Below are positions 1 through 10,068 of a stretch of DNA of 64,000 bases, one piece after another (position 1 is the first letter of the stretch; each line of letters starts with the position of its first letter). The position numbers and the translations under genes are program-made. Where the stretch lies: the NCBI GenBank assembly GCA_007376295.1, contig VMGB01000003.1:7106-71105 (forward strand), given 5' to 3'. This stretch comes from Parcubacteria group bacterium Gr01-1014_13 (GTDB taxonomy: Bacteria; Patescibacteriota; Patescibacteriia; Magasanikbacterales; GWA2-37-8). The notes under the pieces were generated by a model, which was not told where the DNA came from, made no database searches, and worked only from the letters and a program-made list of their open reading frames with translations.

Positions 1-693
1 GCGCTCTGCCCACAGCAATGGCAGCCAGCGCGTTATATACATTAAACCTCCCTATAATATTTAATCTAAACTTTTGTGCGCCGACAGAAAAATCCGTTCC
101 ACTTTGATCAGAAATAATATTTTCTCCCAAAATTTCCGGCTGATTTTGCGAATTCAAACCAAAAGCATGTTTTTCCGGCGCGGGAAAATTTAAATAATAA
201 TTTGCGTACTCATCGTCAGTGTTGGCGATTATAACTTTTGCTTTGGTAAATATTTTACCTTTGGCTTTTTTTAAATTTTCAAATCCGCCATGACGTTCGG
301 AATGTTCGGTGCCTAAATTGGTAAATACGGTTGTGTGGTAATTCAAACCAATATGGCGATATTGTAAAATTCCTTCTGAAGATGTTTCCACCACCGCATA
401 TTTACAGCCGGCTTTTACCATTTGTTTAAGCATGCTTTGAATTTTGCCACGTCCAAGCATGGTCATTTTTTTATCATTAAGCCAACGCTTCTCAGCTATC
501 TGAAATTCTACTGTAGTCAGCATTCCCACTTTGCTCCCACCAGCTTCTAATACGGAAGCGATAAGACGGCAAGTGGTAGATTTACCCTTGGTGCCAGTGA
601 CGCCAATCACAATTAATTTGCGAGCCGGACGGCCATACCACCAATATGCGGTATAGGCTAATAGGAAGTGAATAATTTTTTTAAAAGAGGACA
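1..693 (-). CDS. Mur ligase family protein, partial (C-terminus runs off the window). P-loop GVTGTKGKSTT sits near the N-terminus and TNLGTEHSERHG is present.
   Basis: The reverse-strand frame is open to position 1. Start codon is at 691-693. Mur-ligase ATP-binding and central-domain motifs were read directly. Confidence 0.6.
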
Positions 694-695
694 TA

Positions 696-1268
696 TTACT
701 GCCTAATACTTACCTCATATAAAACTTGTTCCAATTTATTCAAAGCCTGCTTGGCCTGATCAAATTTCTGGCGATTGTAGCCAGTCAAATTCATATCCAC
801 CAACTCCTCAATAATTTCATCGGCCGCCTCCTTGCACCTTTTTACTTCCGCAAACTTTTTTTCGGTGGCGGATTTTATAGCATAACGCAAAAGCTCTCCG
901 GGTACATCGCATAGGCCGCTAATAAAAATATCGGAATCTACGTGTACTTTTGCCAACTTGCCAATAGTTTTTTTCTGCAAATATTGATTTAAAACAAAGG
1001 CTTCCACAAACTCTTCCAACCCAGCCTTGTACGAACCTTCTTCAAAAATACTTCTATCTTTTTTATTTTTTATATTTAAATCCAAAATAATTTTTTCTGC
1101 CTGCGCCAAAAGTTTTTGCGCTTCGGCCATACCATCCCTTTGCATCGCAAAAATCGCTTTCTTGGAAAGAAACTGTGCCTGACTTGATTCTTTTATTATC
1201 TCCTGCCGTTTGGCGGAATAACCTAATAATTCTTTGCGTACCAAATCAAAATATTTCTTATCCAACAT
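696..1268 (-). CDS. Hypothetical all-alpha protein (190 aa)
   Basis: Clean ORF tightly packed with its neighbours (1-3 nt gaps), suggesting an operon. No motif recognised. Confidence 0.35.
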   Translation of the reverse strand: MLDKKYFDLVRKELLGYSAKRQEIIKESSQAQFLSKKAIFAMQRDGMAEAQKLLAQAEKIILDLNIKNKKDRSIFEEGSYKAGLEEFVEAFVLNQYLQKKTIGKLAKVHVDSDIFISGLCDVPGELLRYAIKSATEKKFAEVKRCKEAADEIIEELVDMNLTGYNRQKFDQAKQALNKLEQVLYEVSIRQ

Positions 1269-1269
1269 A

Positions 1270-2271
1270 CTAAAACTTCTTTAACTGTTTAATATAATCA
1301 GAAAATTCATGCACCCCGCGGGTTTCTAGCCACAGCCACCATTCGGCTCCCCATAGATATGATCTAGGCATGCCAGTCCGGGCTGCAAAATTCACATTGC
1401 TTTTTAACCTCTTCAAGCTCATGGATTTAAACTGCTCCTCTAGTGGCGTGTCAGCCAAAGGCTTATCAGGTATCCACGGCTCAGCTTGAAGTTCGGTAAT
1501 ATATGCAGTATTGATGTCTCGTCCATTAAGCCACAACCTGGCTGTGTAGGCAATAGGCGGGAAAATCCAATCATAACTCCAATAGCCAATTGCCTTACTC
1601 CAAACTACCCTATACATAGTAGTACCAAAAAAGTCTGCCTGTTTAGCCGTACGGCGCCACAAGCTTAATTCACCACTATCGGTAACCATGGTGCGGTGGT
1701 TAGGGTCAAGTTTTTTTACCAGCGCTATCTCTTCTTTTAAAGACTTCGTGCTAATTGGCTGGCAAGTACCAAAACCTAAAAATGGTTCGTTCTCTACCTG
1801 CCAAATTTCCAAAGCTGGATGATTTTTGTAGCGCATCACCACAATTGTCATAAAATTCAGCAAATCCGATTGATGATTACTATGGCTAGTTATATCCGTC
1901 CAGGCAGGAAAATGACATTCTGGCCAACGCGGCGTTTTGTGACCAACTGCCAAAACAATTTTAACATTTCTTTTGGCCGCTTCATTCATCATCCAATCCA
2001 AATCTTTCCAATCATAATGCCCTTTTGTTTTCTCTATTAAATCCCACTGCGCCGATAGCCGGATATATTTAAAATGCCAATCATCTAAAATTTTCGCAAA
2101 TGATGGTTTGGTATCAAGTCCAAGATAGTTTGCATACTCGGTATTAAAACTTACACCGTAAATCATAGTATTTTTCATATAACCAAAAAATTTTAGCACC
2201 AAAATCCAATTTATCGCCAATGCGGCTAAAATAACCACTACTAACAAAAGTTTCTTTGGCTTATCTGACAT
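1270..2271 (-). CDS. Membrane-anchored glycoside hydrolase, clan GH-A (GH5-like)
   Basis: N-terminal TM helix. The conserved ...WQVENEP... motif (catalytic acid/base NEP of clan GH-A) is present, with W/aromatic-rich TIM-barrel-like spacing. Confidence 0.5.
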   Translation of the reverse strand: MSDKPKKLLLVVVILAALAINWILVLKFFGYMKNTMIYGVSFNTEYANYLGLDTKPSFAKILDDWHFKYIRLSAQWDLIEKTKGHYDWKDLDWMMNEAAKRNVKIVLAVGHKTPRWPECHFPAWTDITSHSNHQSDLLNFMTIVVMRYKNHPALEIWQVENEPFLGFGTCQPISTKSLKEEIALVKKLDPNHRTMVTDSGELSLWRRTAKQADFFGTTMYRVVWSKAIGYWSYDWIFPPIAYTARLWLNGRDINTAYITELQAEPWIPDKPLADTPLEEQFKSMSLKRLKSNVNFAARTGMPRSYLWGAEWWLWLETRGVHEFSDYIKQLKKF

Positions 2272-2272
2272 G

Positions 2273-3238
2273 CTATTTGATTAATAATAAAACCAAGCCG
2301 AGACTGATTATAGCTACCGCGGCTGTTTTTTGAATTATTTCTTTTCTGGTAAATGTTTCATGCAAAACTTTTGGGAAAAATTTGGATATTAAGGCTACCA
2401 AAATTATAAGCATGGCATACTGCGCGCCCGCCAGCGCGTTAACTAGCGTCACACTACCTATAGAAGTCGCATATTGAATTAAAGTGGCCCCCATTACTCC
2501 CAAAGTTATATCCCCAACCACCAAAAAGAATAATTTTTTACCGCGAGCTTTATCAGCAACTGTTTTTTCTTTTTTACTAAAAAGAGCCCGTACAGATGAA
2601 GACATTAGTAAAAATCCGCCAAAAATACCAATCGGTAATTTTGTCAGAACAAAACCGCTATAAAAACCGTATGCATCATAAGCATACTTGGATATGACAT
2701 GGGAAACGGCAAATAAAAACCCGGCCAAAATCCCCCAACTCATGGCGCTATGCCAACCACGTTTTTTTTCACTTAAATCAATTGAAATTATTAGAGAACC
2801 AATAATTAAAATACCAGCCGCAAGCAATCCGTATGTGCCCAAACGTTCCCCTAAAAAAATACGGCTGAGGAATAAAATAAAAAAAGGTATGACCGCCCCG
2901 ATTAACGGACCAATGTGACTGACTTCGCTTTCCTGTATAGCGATATACAATGTCCATAATCCAAAAGCAAAACAAAGACCGGACAAACAAAAAATTACAT
3001 AGTCTGTCCAAACATTAGGCATATTTATCCCAAACGGCAGAAGTAAAAAAGTTGGTAGAACAAAAATTGTCGAATAAAAAACAAAAATAATCGGTTTGGA
3101 AACTGATTTGGTCAAAATAAACTTATCTATTATAGCCACCACGGCCAGCATCGCATTTCCGAGCAGCGCTATAAAAAGCCACATAAGTTTGAGGTTAAAT
3201 ATGTTGGATATTTTACCATTAAAACGCAAGCCAGACAA
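2273..3238 (-). CDS. Polytopic membrane protein, EamA/DMT-like transporter
   Basis: About 10 hydrophobic helices in two repeated halves. No soluble domains. Confidence 0.4.
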   Translation of the reverse strand: MSGLRFNGKISNIFNLKLMWLFIALLGNAMLAVVAIIDKFILTKSVSKPIIFVFYSTIFVLPTFLLLPFGINMPNVWTDYVIFCLSGLCFAFGLWTLYIAIQESEVSHIGPLIGAVIPFFILFLSRIFLGERLGTYGLLAAGILIIGSLIISIDLSEKKRGWHSAMSWGILAGFLFAVSHVISKYAYDAYGFYSGFVLTKLPIGIFGGFLLMSSSVRALFSKKEKTVADKARGKKLFFLVVGDITLGVMGATLIQYATSIGSVTLVNALAGAQYAMLIILVALISKFFPKVLHETFTRKEIIQKTAAVAIISLGLVLLLIK

Positions 3239-3309
3239 ACCGCTCTTGGCCTTTTTTTAAAATTAAGCTAAACTACTTACTGTAATTCACTACCTTAAAC
3301 TTAATTGTT

Positions 3310-3513
3310 ATGCACAAAAAAGAAGCTATGCTAGACCCTTGGATTATTGAAGAAATACTAAGAAAAGAACGGGAGAAAAAAGAGGAAGAAGAACGCCGAA
3401 AAAGAGAGCAGCCACAGCCAGAAAAAGACCCAAACCAGGACCCGAACCAGAATCAAGATCCAAAAAAAGACGACGAAGACAAGGATAGAGGTGTTACAAT
3501 AATTGATATCTAA
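3310..3513 (+). CDS. Small K/E/D/Q-rich low-complexity protein (67 aa)
   Basis: ORF only. Low complexity. Could be spurious. Confidence 0.2.
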   Translation: MHKKEAMLDPWIIEEILRKEREKKEEEERRKREQPQPEKDPNQDPNQNQDPKKDDEDKDRGVTIIDI

Positions 3514-3530
3514 GCCTTAATTTGACAGTT

Positions 3531-3559
3531 TTGACCAAAAATGATAATATTTGGTTAGA
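3531..3559 (+). promoter_or_regulatory. Sigma70-like promoter TTGACA-17-TAATAT, located about 235 nt upstream of rny
   Basis: Consensus hexamers with 17-nt spacer, read directly. Confidence 0.45.
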
Positions 3560-3795
3560 TATTTTAATTAACTGATCTTTGAGTAATTACCCGTAGAGAA
3601 GAATCTGATAAGACTACGTTAGACGAGTGATAGTCCGGCCATAAATTTATGCTAATTAAACGACAAAACAACTTCCAAAACGACCATCTTTCCTCAACCT
3701 GGACAGCTATTTTTTCCGTTTTAAAATAAAGCATAACTTCTTAGGCCAAATTTCTTCTTAAAATTACAGGTAATGACCAAAAGTCGCCAATATTT

Positions 3796-5337
3796 TTGTA
3801 TAACTATATGAATAACTACATTTTGGCTATGTTGGCCATCGTAGTCGGCTCCGGAGCTGGAGTTGCTTTCGGCTATTTTTTGCGCAAAAAAATTGCCCAA
3901 GCCCAAGCCAATTCCATTGAAGCCAAGGCAGACAAAATCCTAACCGAAGCCAAAAGCCAGCAACAGGAAATTATAACTCAGGGCAAAGAAAAAGCTATCC
4001 AAATAATCGACGAAGCCAAACGTGAAGAAAAGCAAGTTCGCCAAGAACTGCACAGCGTGCAGGAAAGACTGGAAAGACGAGAAACAATGTTTGATCAAAA
4101 ATTAATTGAACTGCAAAACAACCAAAATAAACTTCAGGAACAGGCCAATAAAGTACAGCAAGTCAAACAAGAAATAGAAAAATTACGCGACCAGGAGATA
4201 GTAAAACTTCAAGAGTTAGCCAGCCTTACCAAAGAGGAAGCCAAAAACGAACTCTTGAAACGCGTTGAAGAACAAAGTAAAGCTGATCTCATGGCCAGAG
4301 TTTTGAAATTAGACAAGGAATCTCTAGAAGTCTACGACGCCAAAGCCAGAGAGCTTATTACCGACGCTGTTCAACGTGTTGCCTCTTCTCATGCTGCCGA
4401 AGTTACCTCCACTACTGTTCACTTACCAAGTGAAGATATGAAGGGCCGCATTATCGGTAAAGAAGGCCGCAACATTAAAACTATTGAAAAATTAACTGGT
4501 TGTGAACTGGTGATAGATGATACTCCAGATGCCATTATGGTTTCCGGCTTCTCCCCTATCCGCAGACAAATTGCCAAACTTGCACTGGAAAAATTAATGG
4601 CCGATGGCCGTATCCAACCAGCTCGTATTGAAGAATTTGTAGAAAAAGCTAAACAAGATTTAGCGATAGATATTAAAAAAGCTGGTGAAGAGGCTCTCTA
4701 CAAAATGGGTATCACTGGGATTGATCCAAAATTAGTCGGCATTGTTGGTCGTCTAAAGTACCGCACAAGCTATGGTCAAAATATTCTTATCCATTCTATG
4801 GAGACGGGATATTTAGCCGCTATTATCGCTGGTGAACTTGGACTTAATGCTGCTCATGCTAAAAAATGTGGTTTCTTCCATGATATCGGTAAAGCTGTAG
4901 ATCAAGAAACTCAAGGTTCTCACCCGGAAATCGGCCATATGATCTTGAAAAAGTTTAACATGGACGAGGATATCTGCCAGACTGCTCTAACCCACCACCA
5001 AGACAAGGCTTACAATATTTACGCCACCATTGCTAAAGCTGCGGACGCAATTTCCGGAGCTAGAGTTGGCGCGCGCAAAGACAGTTACGAACAATTTGTG
5101 GCTCGTTTGGAAGATTTGGAAAAGACTGCCAGCAGCTTCCCTGGTATCGATAAGGTATACGCTATTCAAGCTGGCCGTGAAATACGTGTCTTCGTAAAAC
5201 CAAACGAAATTGATGATTATTCCGCTTTCCAATTGGCCAAAGATATTTCTCGCAAGATTGAACAAGAGTTACAGTACCCTGGCGAAATCAGAGTTACCAT
5301 AATTCGTGAAACCAGAGTGGTAGAATACGCCAAGTAA
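3796..5337 (+). CDS. rny: Ribonuclease Y
   Basis: N-terminal TM followed by coiled coil. KH domain (GRIIGKEGRNIKTIE) and HD domain (FHDIGK...H) are present. Typical length. Confidence 0.9.
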   Translation: MYNYMNNYILAMLAIVVGSGAGVAFGYFLRKKIAQAQANSIEAKADKILTEAKSQQQEIITQGKEKAIQIIDEAKREEKQVRQELHSVQERLERRETMFDQKLIELQNNQNKLQEQANKVQQVKQEIEKLRDQEIVKLQELASLTKEEAKNELLKRVEEQSKADLMARVLKLDKESLEVYDAKARELITDAVQRVASSHAAEVTSTTVHLPSEDMKGRIIGKEGRNIKTIEKLTGCELVIDDTPDAIMVSGFSPIRRQIAKLALEKLMADGRIQPARIEEFVEKAKQDLAIDIKKAGEEALYKMGITGIDPKLVGIVGRLKYRTSYGQNILIHSMETGYLAAIIAGELGLNAAHAKKCGFFHDIGKAVDQETQGSHPEIGHMILKKFNMDEDICQTALTHHQDKAYNIYATIAKAADAISGARVGARKDSYEQFVARLEDLEKTASSFPGIDKVYAIQAGREIRVFVKPNEIDDYSAFQLAKDISRKIEQELQYPGEIRVTIIRETRVVEYAK

Positions 5338-5464
5338 ACCGTGGGGATAACTATTTTGCTTAATGTAGGCAAAAAAAACCGATCATGCTACAATAAGGGC
5401 TAAGATTGGGGAAATTAAAATCGTAGTCTATGTCAAAATTCCAAATTGGAAAGGGGGTGAAACT

Positions 5465-5740
5465 ATGAACAAAGCAGATTTAGCACAACACGTAGCTGAG
5501 AAATTAAACTTACCAAAGCGCCAAATTGAAGATACTCTTAACGCCATACTTGACACCGTAGTTGAACAATTAAAGAAAGGCGAAGAAGTTGTTTTGACTG
5601 GTTTTGGAGCTTTCAGCGCCAAGATGCGCGCCGCTCGCCAAGGTGTTAACCCGCAAAATCCTTCTCAAAAAATCCAAATCGCAGCTGTAACCGTACCAAA
5701 ATTCAAAGCAGGTAAAGCTTTAAAAGATTCTTTGAAATAA
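5465..5740 (+). CDS. hup: HU family DNA-binding protein
   Basis: MNKADLAQHVAEKLNL...GFGAFSAKMRAARQGVNPQN... is a canonical HU/IHF fold sequence. Strong RBS GGAAAGGGGGTG. Confidence 0.9.
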   Translation: MNKADLAQHVAEKLNLPKRQIEDTLNAILDTVVEQLKKGEEVVLTGFGAFSAKMRAARQGVNPQNPSQKIQIAAVTVPKFKAGKALKDSLK

Positions 5741-5775
5741 TTTCAGACTCAACAGTAATTACGTAATTACATAAC

Positions 5776-5806
5776 AAAAAAGCCCGACCAAGTCGGGTTT
5801 TTTTGT
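5776..5806 (+). terminator. Rho-independent terminator after hup (AGCCCGAC-CAA-GTCGGG + T-run)
   Basis: GC hairpin followed by TTTTTTTGTT. Confidence 0.7.
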
Positions 5807-5885
5807 TATTGCTAAACAGAGTTTTTTATTATTTAAACACAAATTTATTTTAATTATGATATAATAAATTTAAAGGAGGTACGCC

Positions 5886-6341
5886 GTGGCCAAACGCGAT
5901 AAAAAGCGACGCCGGCGCAAACCTCCGGCCAAAAAATCTCAATCAGCTCTGCCTACCAAAGGCAACCATCATGATCTGCTAGAAATTTTTAATGCCATAA
6001 ACCTTTGGTATTTTGATGGCAAAATCAAAGCCAGGATTAGTTGGGGTCGCAGAGTCCCCTTTCCTCCGCGCTACCACAAGACAATGAGTATGGCGCACTG
6101 CCATGTTGAAAATCGTTTGATAATTATCAGCCGTTCTCTCGACCGGTCTTCGGTGCCACGTTTAATCGTGGAATATACGGTATTTCACGAAATACTGCAC
6201 CTGAAATTTCCCCCGCGAATAAAAAACGGCCGTCATAATTTTCATTACAAAGAATTCTGCGACGCGGAAAAACAATTTGCCAACTATGCCGAGGCCGAAG
6301 AATGGGAGAAAAATCACAATTATCTCCTACATTTTTTCTAA
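5886..6341 (+). CDS. YgjP/DUF45-like (SprT-like) metal-dependent hydrolase
   Basis: WG..., HEILHL (HExxH) and downstream HNFHYKEF match the DUF45 arrangement WGSC...HExxHL..NHS..FW. Basic N-terminal tail. Confidence 0.5.
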   Translation: MAKRDKKRRRRKPPAKKSQSALPTKGNHHDLLEIFNAINLWYFDGKIKARISWGRRVPFPPRYHKTMSMAHCHVENRLIIISRSLDRSSVPRLIVEYTVFHEILHLKFPPRIKNGRHNFHYKEFCDAEKQFANYAEAEEWEKNHNYLLHFF

Positions 6342-6447
6342 AATATTGCCCCCTCCGTAAATACGGAACGGGGGTATTTTTTTAAATATTTGCATTTTCC
6401 CTTAAGCGATGATAGTATTTCCCCAAACCCAACAGGGAGATAATCTA

Positions 6448-7326
6448 ATGGAAAATCTAGAAAAAGAAGTCATCCAACCATCGTTGGGTGATAAAGTAGG
6501 CAACTTCCTTGGATTTGTCGGTATCCATGTGGCCTGTATTTTTGCCATTTGGACCGGTGTCACTTGGCGTTCTCTGGTAATCGCTTTTGTGCTGTACTGG
6601 ACACGCATGTTCCTGATTACCGGCGGCTACCACCGCTACTTTGCTCATCGCTCTTACAAAACCTCGCGCGCATTTCAGTTTGTGCTCGCTTTCTTAGGCA
6701 CAACTGCTATGCAAAAAGGTACGATTTGGTGGTCGGCCAGACATCGCATCCACCACAAACATTCCGACGAGCCGGAAGATATTCACTCGCCGAAAGTGTA
6801 CGGCTTCTGGCAGGCGCATATATGGTGGTTCTTGGGAAATAAGCACGGAAGCGGTATCACTGATTTAAGCCGAGTAAAAGACCTGGTAAAATACCCTGAA
6901 CTACGCTGGCTCGATAAATACCATTGGGTAGCGCCAATCATGCTTACCGGCCTATGCTACTACTTGGATGGGTGGACAGGCCTGATCGTCGGCCTAGCCT
7001 GGTCTACCGTGATATTTTGGCACTGTACATTTTTGGTCAATTCTATTGCCCACATCTGGGGTAGTAGGCGCTACCAAACCAAAGATGATAGCCGAAATAA
7101 CTGGTTTATCGCTCTGCTCACTATGGGCGAAGGATGGCATAACAACCATCATCACCGTCAAGGTTATGCCAGACAGGGCGTTAAATGGTGGGAAATTGAT
7201 ACCACTTATTACATCCTGCGACTGCTCGCTCTGTTTCGTCTAATCCGGGACTTAAATCCCGTATCTAAAAATAAACTGAAAAGTGATCCGGTCGAAGAAA
7301 CGGCCGTAGAACTTACAGCTCCTTAA
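6448..7326 (+). CDS. Acyl-CoA (delta-9-like) fatty-acid desaturase, membrane-bound
   Basis: Three histidine boxes are present: HRYFAH, HRIHHKH, HNNHHH. TM helices. Start chosen at the ATG preceded by GGAGA. Confidence 0.8.
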   Translation: MENLEKEVIQPSLGDKVGNFLGFVGIHVACIFAIWTGVTWRSLVIAFVLYWTRMFLITGGYHRYFAHRSYKTSRAFQFVLAFLGTTAMQKGTIWWSARHRIHHKHSDEPEDIHSPKVYGFWQAHIWWFLGNKHGSGITDLSRVKDLVKYPELRWLDKYHWVAPIMLTGLCYYLDGWTGLIVGLAWSTVIFWHCTFLVNSIAHIWGSRRYQTKDDSRNNWFIALLTMGEGWHNNHHHRQGYARQGVKWWEIDTTYYILRLLALFRLIRDLNPVSKNKLKSDPVEETAVELTAP

Positions 7327-7334
7327 ACAAAAAG

Positions 7335-7368
7335 GCGGGCGATCCAACGGATCGCTCTATTTTTTTAT
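7335..7368 (+). terminator. Rho-independent terminator (GCGATCC-AAC-GGATCGC + T7)
   Basis: Perfect 7-bp stem followed by a T-run, directly after the desaturase stop. Confidence 0.7.
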
Positions 7369-7437
7369 TTAAATTTAACATTGTGCTACCAGGCAATTTT
7401 TGGTATACTTAAATTAATTTAACAGAATATTAATTCT

Positions 7438-7890
7438 ATGTTTAGAACAAAATTAGAAAAAAATAAAAGCCGGGTTGACCGCTTTGCTGATTTCTTAAGA
7501 AGCTATTTTGGCACTGTCTGGTTTCTTGCGATAAATGCCATTGTTTTTCTTGGATGGCTATTACTTAATTCTGGATTAATTCCAAACTTTCCAATCTTCG
7601 ATCCCTATCCGCATGGTTTTTTGACTACCGCTGTTTCTCTTGAGGCCATATTTCTTAGCGTTATTGTTCTTATCAGTCAAAATCGAGCTAACCAAATTGA
7701 TGAACTAAGAGAAGAAATCGATTTACAAATTAATATCAAAGCTGAACACGAGATTACCAGAATAATAAATATGCTCGATGAAATTCATGATCATTTAGGA
7801 CTCGCTTCGGATGATGATGCGGAATTAGCAGAGATGAAACAAAAAACAAATATAAGTGACATCCAAAACCAATTAATGCGACATAAGTGA
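7438..7890 (+). CDS. DUF1003-like small membrane protein
   Basis: Two TM helices followed by a charged coiled tail (EEIDLQINIKAEHEI...). Resembles the DUF1003 family by memory. Confidence 0.4.
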   Translation: MFRTKLEKNKSRVDRFADFLRSYFGTVWFLAINAIVFLGWLLLNSGLIPNFPIFDPYPHGFLTTAVSLEAIFLSVIVLISQNRANQIDELREEIDLQINIKAEHEITRIINMLDEIHDHLGLASDDDAELAEMKQKTNISDIQNQLMRHK

Positions 7891-8100
7891 GGTTCATAAA
7901 AATTTAATAAAAAAGAGAGACCTTGCCGAAGCTTGGTCTCATGTAGGGTTGGGTAGAGAGAAAGTGGGTTGAGGTTTGGTTGCAGGTTTGAAGCTGCTAC
8001 GTTTACCATCGAACTTAGTTCTCTGATATTTCTATCGTATACCCTACAATAAACTGGGTCAATAGTTTTTAGCAAAAGTTATCCACAGAGCAATAAATAC

Positions 8101-8133
8101 AAAAGCCCCCAACCTGGGAGGGCTTTTGATTTT
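8101..8133. terminator. Bidirectional hairpin terminator between convergent genes
   Basis: AAAAGCCCCCAACCTGGGAGGGCTTTTGATTTT. Confidence 0.55.
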
Positions 8134-8145
8134 ATACAATATTTA

Positions 8146-8925
8146 TTAGATACCTACTTCAACTTTAGCACCGGTATCGGCCTTAATCTTGAGATTACTT
8201 GTACTCATCAGCAATTTAATTGTATTATCGGCATTAATTTCCAACTTTTCATCCGTTTTCAATTTAAAGTTATCCCGCATCGTTCCATTTACATCCATGC
8301 CTACTTCGATATTGCTTTCTACATTTCCACCCGTCAATGTCACCATATCATCGGTAGTTATAGTAGCGTTGGCATTTGTGCGAGATTCAATCTTCAGCAC
8401 TGGGGAAAAGATATACTTACCTTTTCCAGTTATGTGCAATGACTCGTCAACAACAAAATCTACTTTAACGCTATTAGTGGTGCCGGAAACAACTGTGAAT
8501 TTACCATTAACTTCTAGGTTGTTTGAAGGTAATTTTGCTTCGACTGTGGAAGTAGATTTGACTACTAAAACTTTTGTAACATGCAAACGAATTTGATTAT
8601 AGGTGTCTTGGGCCACATTTGTATGAGCTGCCAAAGCCAAGGCGGACTTGGCTTTTAGAGCCAACAGGTCAAAAGTTTTGGACTCGTTAGAAACAGTTAT
8701 CCATCCTTGAGTAGCGCTATGCATTTCTATTTTATCGACTGTTAATTGAACAGAGGTAATTCCGTTCATTTGAGCCGCGGCGTCGGTTATGGAAATGATA
8801 ACTTTTCCTTGGGCGGCACTATACGGAGTCGTAGTGGGGTTAGTGTTAACACCAACATTTCCCGTACATCCTGCACCCATTAAAGCAATGGCTGCAGCAA
8901 AGGCCAACAAAATTCCTTTCCTCAT
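8146..8925 (-). CDS. Lipoprotein, DUF4382-like
   Basis: Signal peptide with lipobox LMGAGC. Beta-rich T/S/N-rich mature part. Confidence 0.45.
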   Translation of the reverse strand: MRKGILLAFAAAIALMGAGCTGNVGVNTNPTTTPYSAAQGKVIISITDAAAQMNGITSVQLTVDKIEMHSATQGWITVSNESKTFDLLALKAKSALALAAHTNVAQDTYNQIRLHVTKVLVVKSTSTVEAKLPSNNLEVNGKFTVVSGTTNSVKVDFVVDESLHITGKGKYIFSPVLKIESRTNANATITTDDMVTLTGGNVESNIEVGMDVNGTMRDNFKLKTDEKLEINADNTIKLLMSTSNLKIKADTGAKVEVGI

Positions 8926-9149
8926 ATGCTTTTTAAATTAAATAAATAAAAAACCCTTTTTAAATCCTGCTTTAATCCTACTCTTCTATTTATGAAAATT
9001 TGATGAAGTTTTTGGACTACTTGTCTTTACAGATATTTAAACACTTGTTAGGAATAAAACAGACAAAACTTGGGATGGCCTATGTCACGGCAGTCGATTT
9101 AATAAAGACGGAAGCGTGTTAAATGGCCCGGCAAAAAAACCTTTACGAC

Positions 9150-9464
9150 CTATCCCTTAGATTTATTTCGTTTACTGAGAATCCACTGAACTGATTTGCT
9201 TATTGGTTTGTCTGTGCGGTGAATACAACCGAGCCAGCAACATGGGCGTCGCATACCTTCCTTAAGTTCTGAAACGACCCTACTCACATGCTCTTTCCTC
9301 GTCTCTGGTTTCTTATTGGAAATAGTCCAACAAATCCACTCGTTGCGGGCGAGCGGCGTAATATCTTCCCAGGCCGCTAGTGCTTTACGATCAGAAGTTA
9401 GAGCTTTGCGTAAATCAGGCGGCAGATTATGTACTGCACCTCCGGAGATTTCTATTTTAGACAT
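9150..9464 (-). CDS. YdeI/OmpD-associated (DUF1801-like) family protein
   Basis: Around 100 aa with CWxxxxxKxETR and CCW motifs typical of that family (from memory). Confidence 0.4.
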   Translation of the reverse strand: MSKIEISGGAVHNLPPDLRKALTSDRKALAAWEDITPLARNEWICWTISNKKPETRKEHVSRVVSELKEGMRRPCCWLGCIHRTDKPISKSVQWILSKRNKSKG

Positions 9465-9498
9465 AATGTCTGCTATTAATTTTTTCTACCAAATTTAT

Positions 9499-9927
9499 CT
9501 AATTATTTATTACTTCACCTGTTTTAACAACACCTGGTTCGGCCCGAAAAACTGTTCCATCCTTATTGGTCCGGTAGGCATATTGTTTGCCATCTACTGC
9601 CAAAAGAACACGAAAGCCGGAAACAAGCGCCTCCGTACACATTTCACCACGTTGTTCGAGGCCAAGGCAGCCATTGTTCCACATCTTCTCTGCAACCTCA
9701 AGAATAACAATTTTTTTCTCTTCGACACCAAGCCGCATGGCTAAATCTTTTCGTACTACGAGCGCTGCTGGCTCAATAGGAAGATCTGGGTTTCCGGATT
9801 GTAAATTATCGCCTGGGGTAACCGTATTATTGGTATCATTATTGTTAGACTTAGTGACGACTGTAAATACAACGTAACCTATACCCAATACAACTAATAA
9901 TACGATAAATAAGATTTTAAATTTCAT
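9499..9927 (-). CDS. Hypothetical membrane-anchored secreted protein
   Basis: N-terminal signal anchor, N/T-rich linker, two Cys. No motif recognised. Confidence 0.4.
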   Translation of the reverse strand: MKFKILFIVLLVVLGIGYVVFTVVTKSNNNDTNNTVTPGDNLQSGNPDLPIEPAALVVRKDLAMRLGVEEKKIVILEVAEKMWNNGCLGLEQRGEMCTEALVSGFRVLLAVDGKQYAYRTNKDGTVFRAEPGVVKTGEVINN

Positions 9928-9994
9928 ATAAATTAAATAATTTCTTTATATATATATATTCTATCTTACAACTTTTTAATAAAAAAGCAAATTT

Positions 9995-10025
9995 AAAAAA
10001 ACCTTCCTTAAGAAGGGAATTTAAT
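9995..10025 (-). terminator. Terminator hairpin (CCTTCCTTAAGAAGGG) + T7 on the minus strand, downstream of the LRR gene. It is part of a larger 13-bp inverted repeat TTAAGAAGGGAAT/ATTCCCTTCTTAA.
   Basis: Read directly. Confidence 0.5.
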
Positions 10026-10068
10026 TACTTAGATGCTTGGTAGAGATATTCGAGACAACATTCCCTTC

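Noticed and set aside
3721-3906. A minus-strand ORF (61 aa) overlaps the rny start.
   Set aside because: It overlaps a high-confidence gene start and promoter region, and no motif is present.
6402-6648. Two minus-strand ORFs overlap the desaturase 5' end.
   Set aside because: They are antisense to a His-box-supported CDS.
7917-7940. A GAGACC...GGTCTC hairpin after the DUF1003 gene was considered as a terminator.
   Set aside because: No T-run follows. The convincing terminator is the hairpin at 8101-8133.
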